A DNA stretch of 64,000 bases from contig CM119266.1 in NCBI GenBank assembly GCA_051294375.1, positions 21,155,987 to 21,219,986 of the forward strand, read 5' to 3'. The position numbers were made by a program, and so were the translations under genes. The notes below the pieces were generated by a model that worked only from the letters and a program-made list of their open reading frames with translations, did not search any database and had not been told where the DNA came from. Positions 41,271-55,745 of this stretch are shown here, in pieces. Each line of letters opens with the position of its first letter. The stretch's first letter is position 1. The stretch comes from Paraspadella gotoi (Eukaryota; Animalia; Chaetognatha).

Positions 41271-42180
41271 TCTCGTCCTTGCTATTGATACAAATTGGAG
41301 ACGAAGATGCGCGCAGACACAAGAGGAGGAGGAGGAGGAGGAGGGAAGGAGCAAGGAGATGAAGAAAGAGAAGAGAAGGAAAGTGAAAAGTGAGAAGAGA
41401 GAGAGAGAGAGAGAGAGAGAAGAGAGAGGAGAGAGAAGAGAGAGAGAGAGAGAGAGGGCTGACGAGGATTATTGGGGAGGTCCCGCAACGACGTCTCAGA
41501 AAAATAACAACGAAATCAGAGCGAGGAGGAAAGAAACACGACGGAAGGCGTTGGTCAAAAAGACAAAGTGGAGGAAAGAAAAGAAAAAGATAGGAAAAAT
41601 GAAAGAAGAAAAAGAAATGGAGAGAAAGAAAAAAGTGAAAGGAAAGTAAAGAAAAGAAAGAAATGAAATGAAAGAAGAAAGGAGGAATGAAAGGAAAGGA
41701 AGGAAAAGGAAAGGAAAGGAATAAGAAAGGAAAGGAAGAGGAAAGGAAAGGGACAGATAATTTAATAAAAGAGTGATGAGGTTAGCATAATATAAGAGAA
41801 AGAATTTAAGCGGTTTCAATAGATTTGTTAGAAAATGCGCATTTCATATTAAATCTCGCTATGCAATTGCCTCGCTAACGCTCCATATGCTTGCTCTAAA
41901 ATCTCTTACAACTGAAGAAGGGAAAGAAATGAAAAAGGAAAGGAAAGGAAGGCAAAAAATAAGGAAAGAAAAAGAAAAAAAAGGGAAGAAAAGCGGAAAA
42001 GAAAATATAAGGTAATACTGATTAAGGCATAATATCAGACGTCGTACGTAATTGGTATACTGTAAAGTGAGGGAATGTCGCTGAAAAATCGGACGTGAGA
42101 AATTTGAAAAGAGACAAAAAATCAAACTGTAAATTTCAGATGTAATACGATCTCAGTCCTTGCTAATTGATACAAAAATT
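40399..42180 (+). repeat. Nested tandem duplication of about 0.9 kb (40399-41297 and 41298-42180)
   Basis: Both units start ggagacgaagatgcgcgcagacacaagagg. The block begins at one 25-N gap (40374-40398) and ends about 150 bp before another (42329-42353). Confidence 0.88.
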
Positions 42181-42213
42181 CTGCACACGTTTTTTATATT
42201 TTTAGTGCCTGAT

Positions 42214-42290
<77 letters not shown>

Positions 42291-42879
42291 AATGAGAGCG
42301 AGAGAGAGAGAAGAGAGAGAAAGAGAGANNNNNNNNNNNNNNNNNNNNNNNNNAGAGAGAATGTTGAAAAAATTTTTGTTCGTGTCCTTCTCGAGTTTTA
42401 AAGGTTACGACTTGTTAAAAATGAAAAACAATATCGATTTACCCGAAAAGAAAACATTAGAAACGAAGGATAAAAATTTAAATAAGCGAAGCGCCCCCGC
42501 CTCAGTCGCGTAGCACCTCCGCCTCAGTCGCGTAGCATCCCCGTCCCTTCGTCCCTCCATCGGTCCGGTCGTCATCGTCCGCTCAATTTTTCGCACGACC
42601 AAATTGTATGTTTGAACAACAAAAACCTAATTTACATAAACGACGAGTTTATTTTTTTTTCGCAGGACGGAAAAAATTGAACGGCTTCAAATTTGTACCC
42701 CCCCCATTTCGGCCCTCTCCCTCTCTCCCTTTTTTTTGTTTGAACGAATCAGAACATTTAAATATTTCAATTCCGAATCCGAAAAATCCGAGACGAATAC
42801 GAAGCATTAACGCGATATAACGAACGATAAAAAAAAAACAGATTAAAAAAAAAAGTATTGCGTTTGCTTATTTGACGGA

Positions 42880-42920
42880 TTTTGATTGGACGAGAATCAC
42901 GTGGGTCACGTGATTGGTGC
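42880..42920. promoter_or_regulatory. Putative promoter module: two E-boxes flanked by two inverted CCAAT boxes
   Basis: tgATTGGacgagaaTCACGTGggTCACGTGATTGG, a typical USF/MiT-TFE plus NF-Y arrangement. Confidence 0.5.
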
Positions 42921-43558
42921 ATGACACTGAAACGGAACGAGAATCCAGGGAAAGGCAAACATCCTTAACAAAGTTTCAAATTTTATATTGCGTTTGTAAT
43001 ATTTACAATCTGTAAAACATTAAAATAGATACTTACTGACCTACGACGTTAGCCAACTGTTTATGTTAATCTAAGATGGTTTTGGATCTGTTTTTCTAAA
43101 AACCGTAACAATATAAAACGTTTACTATCATTAACTTCTAGAACTAAACCCGATATAAAGATTAAACGATAAGGCCAAAGCTCATGGTTTAAAAACTCAT
43201 GGTCAAAGAGTTTTGTCTCGCAATCGGAATTCGAAACAAAGAAAAATCTCGAGAAAACATAAGAGAACCGTGAGTCTTCAAATCTAACGCGGCCCCGATC
43301 GAGCATTAGCCCAACGCGCAAACCGGTACTCCGTTCGTCTGGGTCAAAACAAAGAAACATTTGGAAAGAAAGATAAAACGCGAGGGTCAAACGTGAAAGT
43401 AAAGGATGGTTCGAGACCTGAAATAGATTTACTGACGTAGAATCTGTCACCGAATTAGATACGGAGGCGTTGACCTGAGAGGGATGTTGGAAAACGGATG
43501 AAAAAAAAACTTAAAGAAAGAAATTGAGAAAGGCTCTTTGAGCTCTCAGTTGTCTTCT

Positions 43559-43642
<84 letters not shown>

Positions 43643-44664
43643 TTTATTACTAAGAAGAAATAACGTCTCTTCGTCGAGCGGAGAAAACTGGACAATTAGT
43701 TTCTGTTACATCCGGATTCTCGGCGACAGTGAAGGATGTTACGGTTGAAGCGGAGAAGAAAGATGGACAATAGCGAGGAGAAAATCATCAGAGCAAGAAA
43801 CCTGCAAATCCACGGCTTCGGGCAGAATGTGNNNNNNNNNNNNNNNNNNNNNNNNNNNNNNNNNNNNNNNNNNNNNNNNNNNNNNNNNNNNNNNNNNNNN
43901 NNNNNNNNNNNNNNNNNNNNNNNNNNNNNNNNNNNNNNNNNNNNNNNNNNNNNNNNNNNNNNNNNNNNNNNNNNNNNNNNNNNNNNNNNNNNNNNNNNNN
44001 NNNNNNNNNNNNNNNNNNNNNNNNNNNNNNNNNNNNNNNNNNNNNNNNNNNNNNNNNNNNNNNNNNNNNNNNNNNNNNNNNNNNNNNNNNNNNNNNNNNN
44101 NNNNNNNNNNNNNNNNNNNNNNNNNNNNNNNNNNNNNNNNNNNNNNNNNNNNNNNNNNNNNNNNNNNNNNNNNNNNNNNNNNNNNNNNNNNNNNNNNNNN
44201 NNNNNNNNNNNNNNNNNNNNNNNNNNNNNNNNNNNNNNNNNNNNNNNNNNNNNNNNNNNNNNNNNNNNNNNNNNNNNNNNNNNNNNNNNNNNNNNNNNNN
44301 NNNNNNNNNNNNNNNNNNNNNNNNNNNNNNNNNNNNNNNNNNNNNNNNNNNNNNNNNNNNNNNNNNNNNNNNNNNNCAAATAAGCGTCAACGAAACGAGT
44401 TGTTATAAAATTGAGTTATGATATCTTTTGTAATTTAAGTTTAACAAAATGATTTCCCTAGACTGAGGTCGCTCGACGACAATAACCGGTTATGAATCGG
44501 CATAACCTAGAAACAGAAGAACATCGGCATTACATTATCGAATCAAGATTATTTTAAATTTAAAGGTGTATACAAAATTGTTTATTTAGGTAAAATTAAT
44601 CAACAAAACTACAGTAATCGTTAAAAAAAATGTGGGTTTAATTCTGCACCAAATTCTACGTAAA

Positions 44665-44905
44665 ATATATAAATTCCGGTCCTATAATATTTATTCGAAA
44701 TTCGAAATTAAATTAATTTTTTAAGTTAAAAATATTAGGTTAGTGATTAGAGTTAGAAATTAAGGGTTAGAGTTACGGTTTGGGATTAGGTTAAGGGTTA
44801 GGGTTAGGGTTAGGGTTAAGCAATGGTTTATAAGTTTAAGAATATATTTAGATTAAATATTAAAATTGAAAATTAATTTCTGGGATAAACGAACAGAAAT
44901 GAGGC
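44665..44905 (-). mobile_element. Dispersed repeat with an internal (TTAGGG)n-like tract, copy 2 (inverted)
   Basis: gggttagggttagggttagggtt followed by ctgggataaacgaacagaa, the reverse complement (one mismatch) of the flank at 18451-18469. Confidence 0.65.
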
Positions 44906-47900
44906 CCTCTAGGAAAAAAAAACCTAATTTATTTTTAAATTCTTGTACGAACTAAAGCTTTCGAAAGTGTGATCGCGTAGGAGAAGAGAAAAGAGTCAGA
45001 GAGCGACGCGCGGAGGAGGGTGTCCGATGGGGCGGGGCGGGGGTCGAGGGGCACGGGACCATAGCGCCGCCCTAAAGGGAGGGGAATTTGGATTTATTAC
45101 AATCTTCCTCCCGGTCGACGTCATGCGAAAATAAGGAGAACCTGGCGGCGGGTTTACGTGGATTTTATATTCGAAAATAGAAAAAGGTTGTTGTTGGTTG
45201 TCATTGATTTTGCCTGGATGGACACTTTTTCTCCAGATGACCGTGCACACGGTTTTTATTGTTAAAACAAACAAGAAAAATGAATTAAAAAAATATCGAT
45301 TTTGCGATTGTTCAAATTAAAAATCAAAATAGACGACCTAATTAAAAAAAAAATCTTATTATCTACGAATTTGATTTTTCTTCCAATCATACCGCGAATT
45401 TACAATCAAATTTGTCGATTTAATTATTATTCTATGGCCTTACTCTCACTTCATCTTCTTTCACCAAAAACTCGCTCATTAAGTCACATCTTAACTATCA
45501 GATAAAATTTCGCATTAATTTTCTTGAATTTACTTATAAAACCATCTAGTCTTACGCCGCCCGTTCAGAGATGATGATTTCAATTTTCGTTTCTTTTTTT
45601 CATCGTGTCATAATTCACTCAAACCCTCAATACTTTCCCTCTCATCCATTGGCTGCCACCCCCACCACACCCCACCACCCCCTTCGCGGTTTTATAGCGA
45701 ATATTTCTCGCCCCCCCTCCTCATACCCCCTCTTCTTTCGATTCATTTTCCATTTCTGGGGTTTTTCTTTCTCCCTCCTCGAATTTATGCCGTTGAAAGA
45801 CTCATTTGTCTCGACTTTCATGACAACATGATTTTTCTCTCGTATTTTTTTGTTCTTTTTTTTTCTCTTTCTGTTTCATTTGTTCTCTCTCTTCTCTCTC
45901 TCTCTCTCTCTTCTCTCTCGTCTTCTCTCTCTCATCTCCTCGTCTCTCTCTCTCTCTCATCTTCATGATTTTTCCTTTTTAGTTGGCTCGAGTCACGTGA
46001 CGTTCAATCAAAATCGTTTCGCTTCGTTGCGTCGCCGTCGCTGAATTCGTCGTGATTTTTTGGAAACACGCCAACACCGCGCCATTGCATAAATATCCAA
46101 GCTACGCCAATACCCCGCCAAGGTCGAGTAGTAATTACGCCAGTGCGATTCAAAGCTATTGAATAGCCCGGCGTAGTTTAATTCGCGTCATACTACATTG
46201 CTAGAGCTATCTTGAAACCTTGCAGTTCTTTTTCAGCGCCGCACTACGTAGGTCGTGTTTGCGCATTTGCAAATTAGAATTATCTCCGATAATCCATAGA
46301 CAATGAACGCGTGATATCCAGAAGCAAAGTTCACGAGTTCGACTCGAACGGTGAATCCCCATCACCGACCCACACTGAGGGCAACTATTCAGTTGAGTTT
46401 GAAACGTCTCTTCATTCGTCGGACAAAAGAATAAAAAATGGCGGCGCCAACGAGAAAAGTTTATCTTCGAAAAACGCGGCACGGCGGTTGGCTGCGGCGG
46501 GCGGCAGCGGCAGCGGCAGTCGGCTCCGAGGGTCAGCTCCGGTTATCGGCTGTCGGCGATTTAAAAAAATGATTGGTCGTTCACTTATGGCGAGCATCAC
46601 GACTTCCCGCCCTCCTAGTACAAAAGCAAAAAAACCGAACTAATTGACTCGCAGGATTGTCAATCGCACTTCCAGCCCCCTCCCATTCGTTCTCGCAATG
46701 AGGGTAAGGCCTTAGTTAACCTTTATCTCTCTGTCTCACCCTCCCCGATATATCCCCTTTTCCCCCACGCTGCGTCCATCCACTTCCACGAAGGCTTCAT
46801 CCCAAATTCGGTCCGTAATCATATCCCAGCCGCGACGACCTCGTTTTCCAGCCGTTTATTTTATGTCTCGAAATTAGGAAAAAAGTCCGAGACAAAATTT
46901 GGGGACAAAAGCGTGAGAAATGGAGTCCATAACGCGACCCTACGACCGCAGTTGCGGCGGGGACGGGGGTAGGGGACGGTGGGCAGGAAAAGGCGGTTTA
47001 TCCGTGACCGTTTCTCGTTATCCTTTTTTTGCCAAAATTCGCCGACATTTTATTCCTTTTTTCTTTTTTTCTTTTCTCTTTCTTGGCATTTTTTTAAATT
47101 TAAATTTATCATATGGTTTTCCATTTTTTCCCTTTTTTTTTTTAAATTTTTGTTCTTGACTTAACCCGACTATCACCAGCACTTCCTCCATATCCCGAAA
47201 AAAGCTTTTCGCTCTTCAGTGACGCTTCTCGTGTTTGATCACGTGACAAATGACGTCGCAAATCAAGTCAACCGTCCCGCGAAAGAGTCACAAGCGGTGA
47301 ATATCGGAAACGCATCAAGAAGGTTATAGTCTAAGGAGAAGGATCGGTTCGAGTCGGTGCGATGGAAAAGATTAACCAAAGTGGAGCCAAGAATTTGTAT
47401 GAATGTGAAGCTTTGGAGTTTCACTGTCATTCCAAAAAAGAGTATTACAGAGCTTATTATTCATATTTGAATATAAAAGAATTATTTCACTAATGGACGG
47501 GATATTAGATAATGAACTTTTTGAACTTTTTACGTACTTATATTTCTTTAGCTTTAGCTATCAAATATGTTATGATATTGACGATAGGTAAATATTTATT
47601 TGTTTCCTTCACAAGTTATAAGTTATAAGTTAGTGAGATTCGTGTTGAACTAATTTTTTTCATTCTTCATTTCGTCTTTTCCCAAATCCCATTTTCGCTC
47701 CTTGACTTCACAATCGCGGTTGAACAACAACAACAACAACAACGACAACAAGGACAACAANNNNNNNNNNNNNNNNNNNNNNNNNNNNNNNNNNNNNNNN
47801 NNNNNNNNNNNNNNNNNNNNNNNNNNNNNNNNNNNNNNNNNNNNNNNNNNNNNNNNNNNNNNNNNNNNNNNNNNNNNNNNNNNNNNNNNNNNNNNNNNNN

Positions 47901-48959
47901 NNNNNNNNNNNNNNNNNNNNNNNNNNNNNNNNNNNNNNNNNNNNNNNNNNNNNNNNNNNNNNNNNNNNGGGGGGCGGAGGAATCGAAGGCAGAAGAGACG
48001 AGATAATCGAGTTGATGCATTTGGAACAAGTGTCGGGGTCGAACCGGCGGCGATGACCCGCGATTCAACCATAACACGGAAAACCTGATCCAAACGCAAC
48101 TCTCNNNNNNNNNNNNNNNNNNNNNNNNNNNNNNNNNNNNNNNNNNNNNNNNNNNNNNNNNNNNNNNNNNNNNNNNNNNNNNNNNNNNNNNNNNNNNNNN
48201 NNNNNNNNNNNNNNNNNNNNNNNNNNNNNNNNNNNNNNNNNNNNNNNNNNNNNNNNNNNNNNNNNNNNNNNNNNNNNNNNNNNNNNNNNNNNNNNNNNNN
48301 NNNNNNNNNNNNNNNNNNNNNNNNNNNNNNNNNNNNNNNNNNNNNNNNNNNNNNNNNNNNNNNNNNNNNNNNNNNNNNNNNNNNNNNNNNNNNNNNNNNN
48401 NNNNNNNNNNNNNNNNNNNNNNNNNNNNNNNNNNNNNNNNNNNNNNNNNNNNNNNNNNNNNNNNNNNNNNNNNNNNNNNNNNNNNNNNNNNNNNNNNNNN
48501 NNNNNNNNNNNNNNNNNNNNNNNNNNNNNNNNNNNNNNNNNNNNNNNNNNNNNNNNNNNNNNNNNNNNNNNNNNNNNNNNNNNNNNNNNNNNNNNNNNNN
48601 NNNNNNNNNNNNNNNNNNNNNNNNNNNNNNNNNNNNNNNNNNNNNNNNNNNNNNNNNNNNNNNNNNNNNNNNNNNNNNNNNNNNNNNNNNNNNNNNNNNN
48701 NNNNNNNNNNNNNNNNNNNNNNNNNNNNNNNTCTTCTCAAATTGAATCATCGCCTTCGCCCATAAAGTATCACCGCGGCTCTGATCCCGAACGCTGACCC
48801 CGCGGAGGCGAAAAAGGGGGGGGGCGGGGGGTGAGTGGTGAAAGGTGAGGCACATCTTGATACCTGATTTTTATGAGGAATATTACTGGATATGTTTTGG
48901 AGATATAAAATAATGGCTTTATAATATTGTTGTTTCTTGGTTTGTTTTTATTTTTTTTA

Positions 48960-49186
48960 TTTCTTTCTATCTTTCTTTCTTTCTTTCTTTCTTTTTTTCT
49001 TTCTTTCTTTTTTTTTCCTTTTCTCTTCTTTTCTTTTTTTCTCTCTTTATTTATTTATCTATTTATTTAATTATTTATTTATTTAATTATTTAATTATTT
49101 ATTTATATATTTATATATTTATATATTTATATATTTATATATTTATATATTTATATATTTATATATTTATATATTTACTTATATAT

Positions 49187-49241
<55 letters not shown>

Positions 49242-49272
49242 TTAAATTTTCAATTTATGCATTTATTTATTT
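48960..49272 (+). repeat. Compound microsatellite (CTTT)n-(ATTT)n-(TATATTTA)n
   Basis: Directly visible. Confidence 0.95.
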
Positions 49273-49581
49273 ATCTTTACTTCCTCTATCTTACCTCACT
49301 TCCCCCAACTCCACCTCTCTTCCCCTCTCCTCCTCCTCCTCCTCCTCCTCTTCCTCCTCCTCTCGTCGCCATAACATTTGGCCACGTCTCGAAATTTCTG
49401 TCCAATGGTCACCCATAACACGATTTGCGGATGGAACAGCGAAGAAAAAAGGAACGAAAGATATTTTGACCCTCTCACAACCGCCCCCCCCCTTGGCATC
49501 ATGTTCGCTCGAGTGGGGATGGGGTGATTGCAAATTTCGCTAGATGAATCGATAGAGAGGAATAGCAATCTATGACATCGA

Positions 49582-49675
49582 TACAACCAAGATAGAAATT
49601 ATCCATTCATTTAAAAAATAAGCAATCTTGCCTCTGACTTTGGACAGGCTTTGGTGGTTTAAGGCCTCCATCACT
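49582..49675 (+). mobile_element. Short dispersed repeat, copy 2
   Basis: High identity to 24143-24243. Confidence 0.85.
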
Positions 49676-50797
49676 TTTACAAGATAATGACATAGCAGGT
49701 CCCTGCAAGCTTTCAATCAAGACTCTCTCACTGTCTCGTTTATTCATTCCCAGAGGCTCCCCTCTCTTTAATTGTATAAAGAACTACTCTCAATGTTAAT
49801 AACTTAATATATATTTCATTTTTATTTGTAAATATCAACGGAGGCAAATTTTAGCTGACACTTGTCCGGCTCTGCTATCTTCCATGAGCCGCACTGAAAA
49901 TAAAAAAAAACCCCAAAGCGCCGACATTGTGGTCAGTCTGACATTGCACGGGTATCCAATGGCGCTCGGTGTCATCGGCCGATGGAACTTAAAAAAGGCG
50001 TGGGTGTCGCGGACAAAAGCAAAGGAGGTCACGAACGACGACGACGACGACGACGACGACGACGNNNNNNNNNNNNNNNNNNNNNNNNNAATTCCATGAG
50101 ACTCAAAGGATGTTGGCGCATAATTTGGCCGAAATCACCAAAGAATAGAGAGAGAGAAGAGAAGAGAGAGAGGAGAGAGGAGAGAGAGAGAGAGAGAGGA
50201 GGAGAGAGGAGGAAAGAGACAGATACAAGATCCGGAGTGCATTAGGAGAAGGACATCATAATCAATTAAGCAATAGGCGAAGAGCCCGAGTCTCGTCTGG
50301 CGGAGGCGGAGCGAGGGGGAGGAAGGAGAAAAACGGGAAAGGGGAATGAAAAGGGGGGGAAGGAATAGGAAAAGATGGCCGAGAAGAATGGGCAAGCATG
50401 AAATTGGTATTAGAAGAAGAAGGGTAGAGTGGGATTTTTGGTTGAAGCTGGGAGAGGTGAAGGGGAGAGGAGAAGGAATAGAGGCAGTGGAAAAAACTGA
50501 AGAGAGGGGAGAATGAGATAAAAGGAGAGTGAGAGATAGAGTTGGAGTTAAGAAAGGGAAGAAAAGAAAAGAAAGCAAAGCAAGAAAACAAAGAGTAGAG
50601 TTACTCTGTTGGTCATCGAAAAAGAAAGAATCCGAGAAATGAAAAAGAAAAAAAAAGGAATCGCGAACGGTTTTCCGTTTGAAAGCCGAAGCCGAAAATG
50701 TCATTTCTTTCCTTTCTCTTTATTTTATTGGGGTTAGAGAGAGAGAGTTAAGAGAGAGAGAAGAAAAGGAGAGAGAGATAGAATACGAGAGAAAAGA

Positions 50798-50829
<32 letters not shown>

Positions 50830-52198
50830 AGAGAGAGAGAGGAACGATTCGACATTATTTTCTTGTTTTTTGGTCTTCTTTGCGGCTAACACTTATTTAT
50901 TTTCTGGTACGAAATTTTAAGAAAATTAAATCTTTATTAATCATTTTTGACGGGTATCGTCAAATCGTTAACAAAGATAAGCAAAGTTAGAAACGAAAAC
51001 TAGTTTTACTTTTAAGTTGGGCCTCTTTTCAAACCGTCCCGAAATTGTTTTTTTTTCTACCAGATCGAAATAAATGAAATACGTAATTAATACTAATTAT
51101 GACAGAACGAATCTTTTCGATTACGAATAATAAGCGAGTCATCGTTCCATCTCTTCCTCAATACATATGGGACAAACAACTCCCAACGTTAGACAGTTGT
51201 CAATCAGCGACAGACCTTCGTCAATGGCAGACAATGGCGGCGAGACAACCGCCACAAAGCGCTAAACCCCAAAAACATCATCGACGCCAAGTGACGCCAT
51301 TTTAACAACGCCTCCCGCCGCCTACCGTCTCAATTTCCAACCACTCCCTCTCCCCCACTCCCTCTCCCGCCGCGACGAAAAACCCGAACCCAAAAACCAG
51401 AAAACACAAAATTGAATGGAAATTGAAGCAGAAAGAGAATTTACTTCCCTTCGCTCATCCACTCTTGGCGGGGTACAAAGGCCAGAGAGAATTTGTAAAG
51501 GATTTTCTCTCTCTCGCTCTCTCCTTCCGGCGCGCGGGAGAAAATTGAGAGAGAGAGGAGAAGAGAGAGAGAGAGAGAGGGAGAGGAGAGAGAGCAAGAG
51601 AGAGGAGAGAGAGGAGAGAGAGAGAAGAAACGAGAGAGAGAGAGAGAGAGAGAGAAAATTTAGAAAAAAAGGTACAAATTGCGTTTCTCTCTCTCCTTGA
51701 TTATAGCCCAAAAAACGAGAGCGATTTGTAAAACCGCAAAACGAAAAAGGGGAAAATAGCGAACAAATTCCCCCAATTTCTGTAACAAAAAACGTATAGA
51801 AAAGAGTTTGTGGCGTTTTAAGTCGAAAACGAGGATAGGAAAGTCCAAGGATGCGGCGACTGTTACTCGGGATTGTTAGATTTTATTTTTTTATAGTTTA
51901 TTATTAGACAAGTTCAAATAGCTATTAACCTATTACAGTATATGCCTTAAAGAATCGCATTCAATCTCTTCATCTTTCTTTCTGATTCCACAAAACATTA
52001 TGTTTTAAATTAATCATAAAGAGATGCGTCTTCGCATTTCAAAAAAAAGGAGAGAAGAAGAAAACCGGGAAATAGATAAAAAGCCGTAAAAACTTGGAAA
52101 GGGTTAACATTTCCTCCCTTGAGACGAAATATTATCAATTGCCAAATAAGCAAAAGTTTAGAAAAAGACCACGATATCATGTCTCTTTCTCTTTCTCT

Positions 52199-52246
<48 letters not shown>

Positions 52247-53151
52247 ACTTTCTCTTCATTATCTCTCTCTCCTCTTCTTTCTCTTTATCCTCTATCTCTC
52301 TCTCTTTAAGCCTCTCTCTCAATTCCTCTAAAATGTTCATTTATTCCCATCTATTTTTTTTTATCCAAAAATTTTAAAGGAGAAAAAACTCAACGAGAAA
52401 GTTTAATTTGTTCACAAAACTCAGAATATTAGGTCATTAAAATTGTTTTCTCATTGGAGCGCAAGTTATCGGATCTCGCACACAAAATTCTAAAAACTCT
52501 TGTTTATTTTTCCATTCATGAAACGAATTCGAAAAATGGCACCTTCGCGTCACAATTAAATTCTCCATTTTTTCAAATTTTTAAATAACCATTTCGGATC
52601 GCACTTGAGGATGATAATAATTAATTCGAGCGAATAAAAACGAATAATAATTAATTGTAATCATTTATATTTTAGTTTAATTAGATTAATACTGAAGTGA
52701 AATGTAGATAGATAGGAAGAAAATAAAAAATGAGGATGCAGTGACTCGTTTTAAATTTCCTAATTAGTGTTCAGTGTAATAAATGTGCTTTCATTATTAT
52801 TGTACGTAAAATGTTACTTACGTGTTTGAAGTTAAAATCGAATGAAAACCCTTTAATGAGTATTTCGGTTTGGACAATTAAACGTATATTCTTTTTTAAA
52901 TAGAAGTGTTTACATTTTTAATGTGTTTTTAAACAGTTATTTTTCGCTGGGATTGTCTTTATTCTGATTGTCATCGCATTGAGTCGTAAAAACAAATGGT
53001 GCTTTTCCGCAGAAAATTCTCCTCTGATTTTGCCTCAAGGATTTCTGCCTTCTCTCTTTCTCTCTGTCTCGATGCCTAATACATTTCTTTCTAAAATTAT
53101 TTTTTTTCTCTCATCGTTTCATATTTTTGTCCCGTCCCCGATCGTTCCGTT

Positions 53152-53222
<71 letters not shown>

Positions 53223-53442
53223 AAAGAAAAAAAATATCCCGTCTCAATCTTAAAAATGAAAATATTACCTTTTTTCTTTTTGCGGGGAAGCAAAAGGAAA
53301 GAAAAAAGTAATTAAAGAAGCGGAACAAATCATGAAAGGAAGAAACATGAAGATTGCCTTAAAAAAAGATTTAAGAAAAAACGAAACTTAACATGACGTA
53401 TCATTTTTCTCAATTTTCATGTCGATAAAAAGGGTTTTTTTT

Positions 53443-53473
<31 letters not shown>

Positions 53474-55587
53474 TTTCGCCCTAACCCCACTCGCCACCGT
53501 CTCTCGACGCATCCTGCCTAAACGAGATAAGGAGAATATGGGGCAGAAAAAAAATGGCGGTTGGATCGCCAAGAAATCAATCGGGAAACGAAGATTGGCA
53601 ACGGGTCTTAATCGGCCTACATCCGCCGGACGCGTTTATATCGCGCCGCAGCCTTGTAGACGTCATTGTCGTCGTTGTGGTCGTCGGCGTTGTCATTGTC
53701 ATCCTTTATGTCTTCATCGCCTTTCGCCTCTTTTCTGGTCGTTATCGACGTCATTGCTCGTAGCGAACGGAAGCGAAAAATTCTGTATACATTCGTGTTT
53801 TGATTAAAGCTTAAAAAAAGGCATAATTCAAAATTGAGCTTTAAAAAAAGAGTCTATAGTCGATAACAGAGAGGTTAATTGATTTCGTCATTTTCGTTTG
53901 TTTTTTTTTCATGACATATTTATTCAATACTAAACTATTATCTGTTTAGTGACAATTATGATAAAAACCAGGAAAATAAACAGCCCCCAAGATGACATTT
54001 TTAAATGAATTGAGAATAACCAACTGTTACTGTAGCACACAATATTCCGGTTTCCTGAACATTTGAACGAAGAAGAGCAAAAATCTCATTTGCATGTTGC
54101 AGTAGTAAAATATTTTATTACGAAATCATTTATAAATTTTTTTTTCTTAAAATATTATAATCTAAGGCACAAAACATATTCATTAATTCAGTTTCATTAA
54201 TCATTTATAGCAGGAAATACTTTAAAAAAATTGATGAGATATTTCCAAAGATTTTTTGCTCATCGAAAAGTAAAATTGCTCAGTTCTTTCTCTCTCTTCA
54301 TGAGCCGGAAACTGTCTATAATTGTTGTCTGTGACCTATGGTCACCTATTTGACGATCTTTTAAATATATCCAGTTGGCGACTTAACGTTGCCATGCAAA
54401 CTCCTCAACTGTACCCCTCCACCATCAACCTCTTTGGACTCTCATCGTATCTCCCCTTGAAACGCCACAACTTCCACCGAGCGGCGACGAATCGTCGCTG
54501 GCGTCAAACACCGAATACAATAACCCTATTTCTATGGTGATTATTCTCTCGCGCCTCTATGCGTTTCCCTCTTTTCGTCCTCTCCCTTTTTTTATGAGTG
54601 GCACAATAAACAGGGAAAAGAAGGACCTGCGAAAAGTGGGTTGCACCTCCTCTTTTCGTCCCGACGTCTCTCGTCGTCCAAAACATGCGTCTCTCGCATC
54701 TTTGAAAACGTCTGGGTCCATAAATTTATTTTCTGCCCAAAAAATAAATTCAATTCTGAAAACATCTTTATTCCCATGACCGAACGACAACTGGTTGTCA
54801 AGATCTTCCAAGCCCCTTTATCAATAATATAAAAATACTAATAATAAATAATAAAATGCCGACCAAATGCACTTCCTTTTCTGCCCCTTGATGTTCTCCC
54901 CCCCCCACTTCCCTCTCTTACCCCTCCCCCATTTCGTTCACCTTCTCTCCCCTCTCTCAACGCCTCCCTTCTATTTGGTCTCGCGTATATGAAAAGCTAA
55001 GCGACGAATAAGGCTCTGGTCTTTTTTCGGCCAGCCCCAACGCCAATTGACTTACTTAACGGGGGAAAATGGAAGTTTTTGGAGCGAGAGAGGGAGAGAG
55101 CAGAGAGAGAGAGAGAGAAGAGAGACGAGAGAGAGAGAGGAGAGAGAGAGAGAGAGGAGACGAGATGCAGAGATAGAGAGAGAGAGACGCCAAAAAAATT
55201 GGTATGCCAGAAAAAGAGAGACGTAGCTATTGGAGTGGGGGGGCAGAAACCAATTTCATAAATGGCGGTCAGGTGGCGTTATTTCGCCCGACGGTTTGGA
55301 GCGCTCACGCTCGGCCCAAAACAAGCCCGTAATAGTAACAACAAACGATAAACAATAAACAATAACAGTAAATGGGGAGAGAATGAGAGCGAAAAGCGGC
55401 TAAAAGGGGATTCAGTCTGAGTTTAAAGGTGAAATGGGTTTTGGAACCGAATGGTTAGGGAATGGGGATGCCGGTTGGGAGTGGAGATGAGCTGGAAGGA
55501 GTTTGGAGTGGTGATGGTGCTATTGTGAGTGAAGGTATGATTCGACTTTACAGCACAGACAACTATCAAATTATTATACGAAATTTG

Positions 55588-55745
55588 TACAACCCAATAT
55601 CGAAATTATCCATTCATTTAAAACAAGCTATCTGCCCTGACTTTAGAACATATATGTGTGATAGTGATAGGGTTAGTGACGCTCCTCAAACTTCGATATA
55701 AAAATTGGTGAGTTCCGACTTCACAGTCATGGGTGAGAATCGGGT
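55588..55745 (+). mobile_element. Short dispersed repeat, copy 3 (partial)
   Basis: tacaacccaatatcgaaattatccattcatttaaaacaagctatctgccctgacttt and a later ttccgacttca, both shared with copy 1. Confidence 0.75.

Noticed and set aside
42497-42537. 19-bp direct repeat ccgcctcagtcgcgtagca, two copies
   Set aside because: It is a simple local slippage duplication with no element between the copies.
44735-44820. TTAGGG tract as a true telomere or fusion site
   Set aside because: It is short, degenerate and embedded in a dispersed repeat with a second copy at 18.5 kb.
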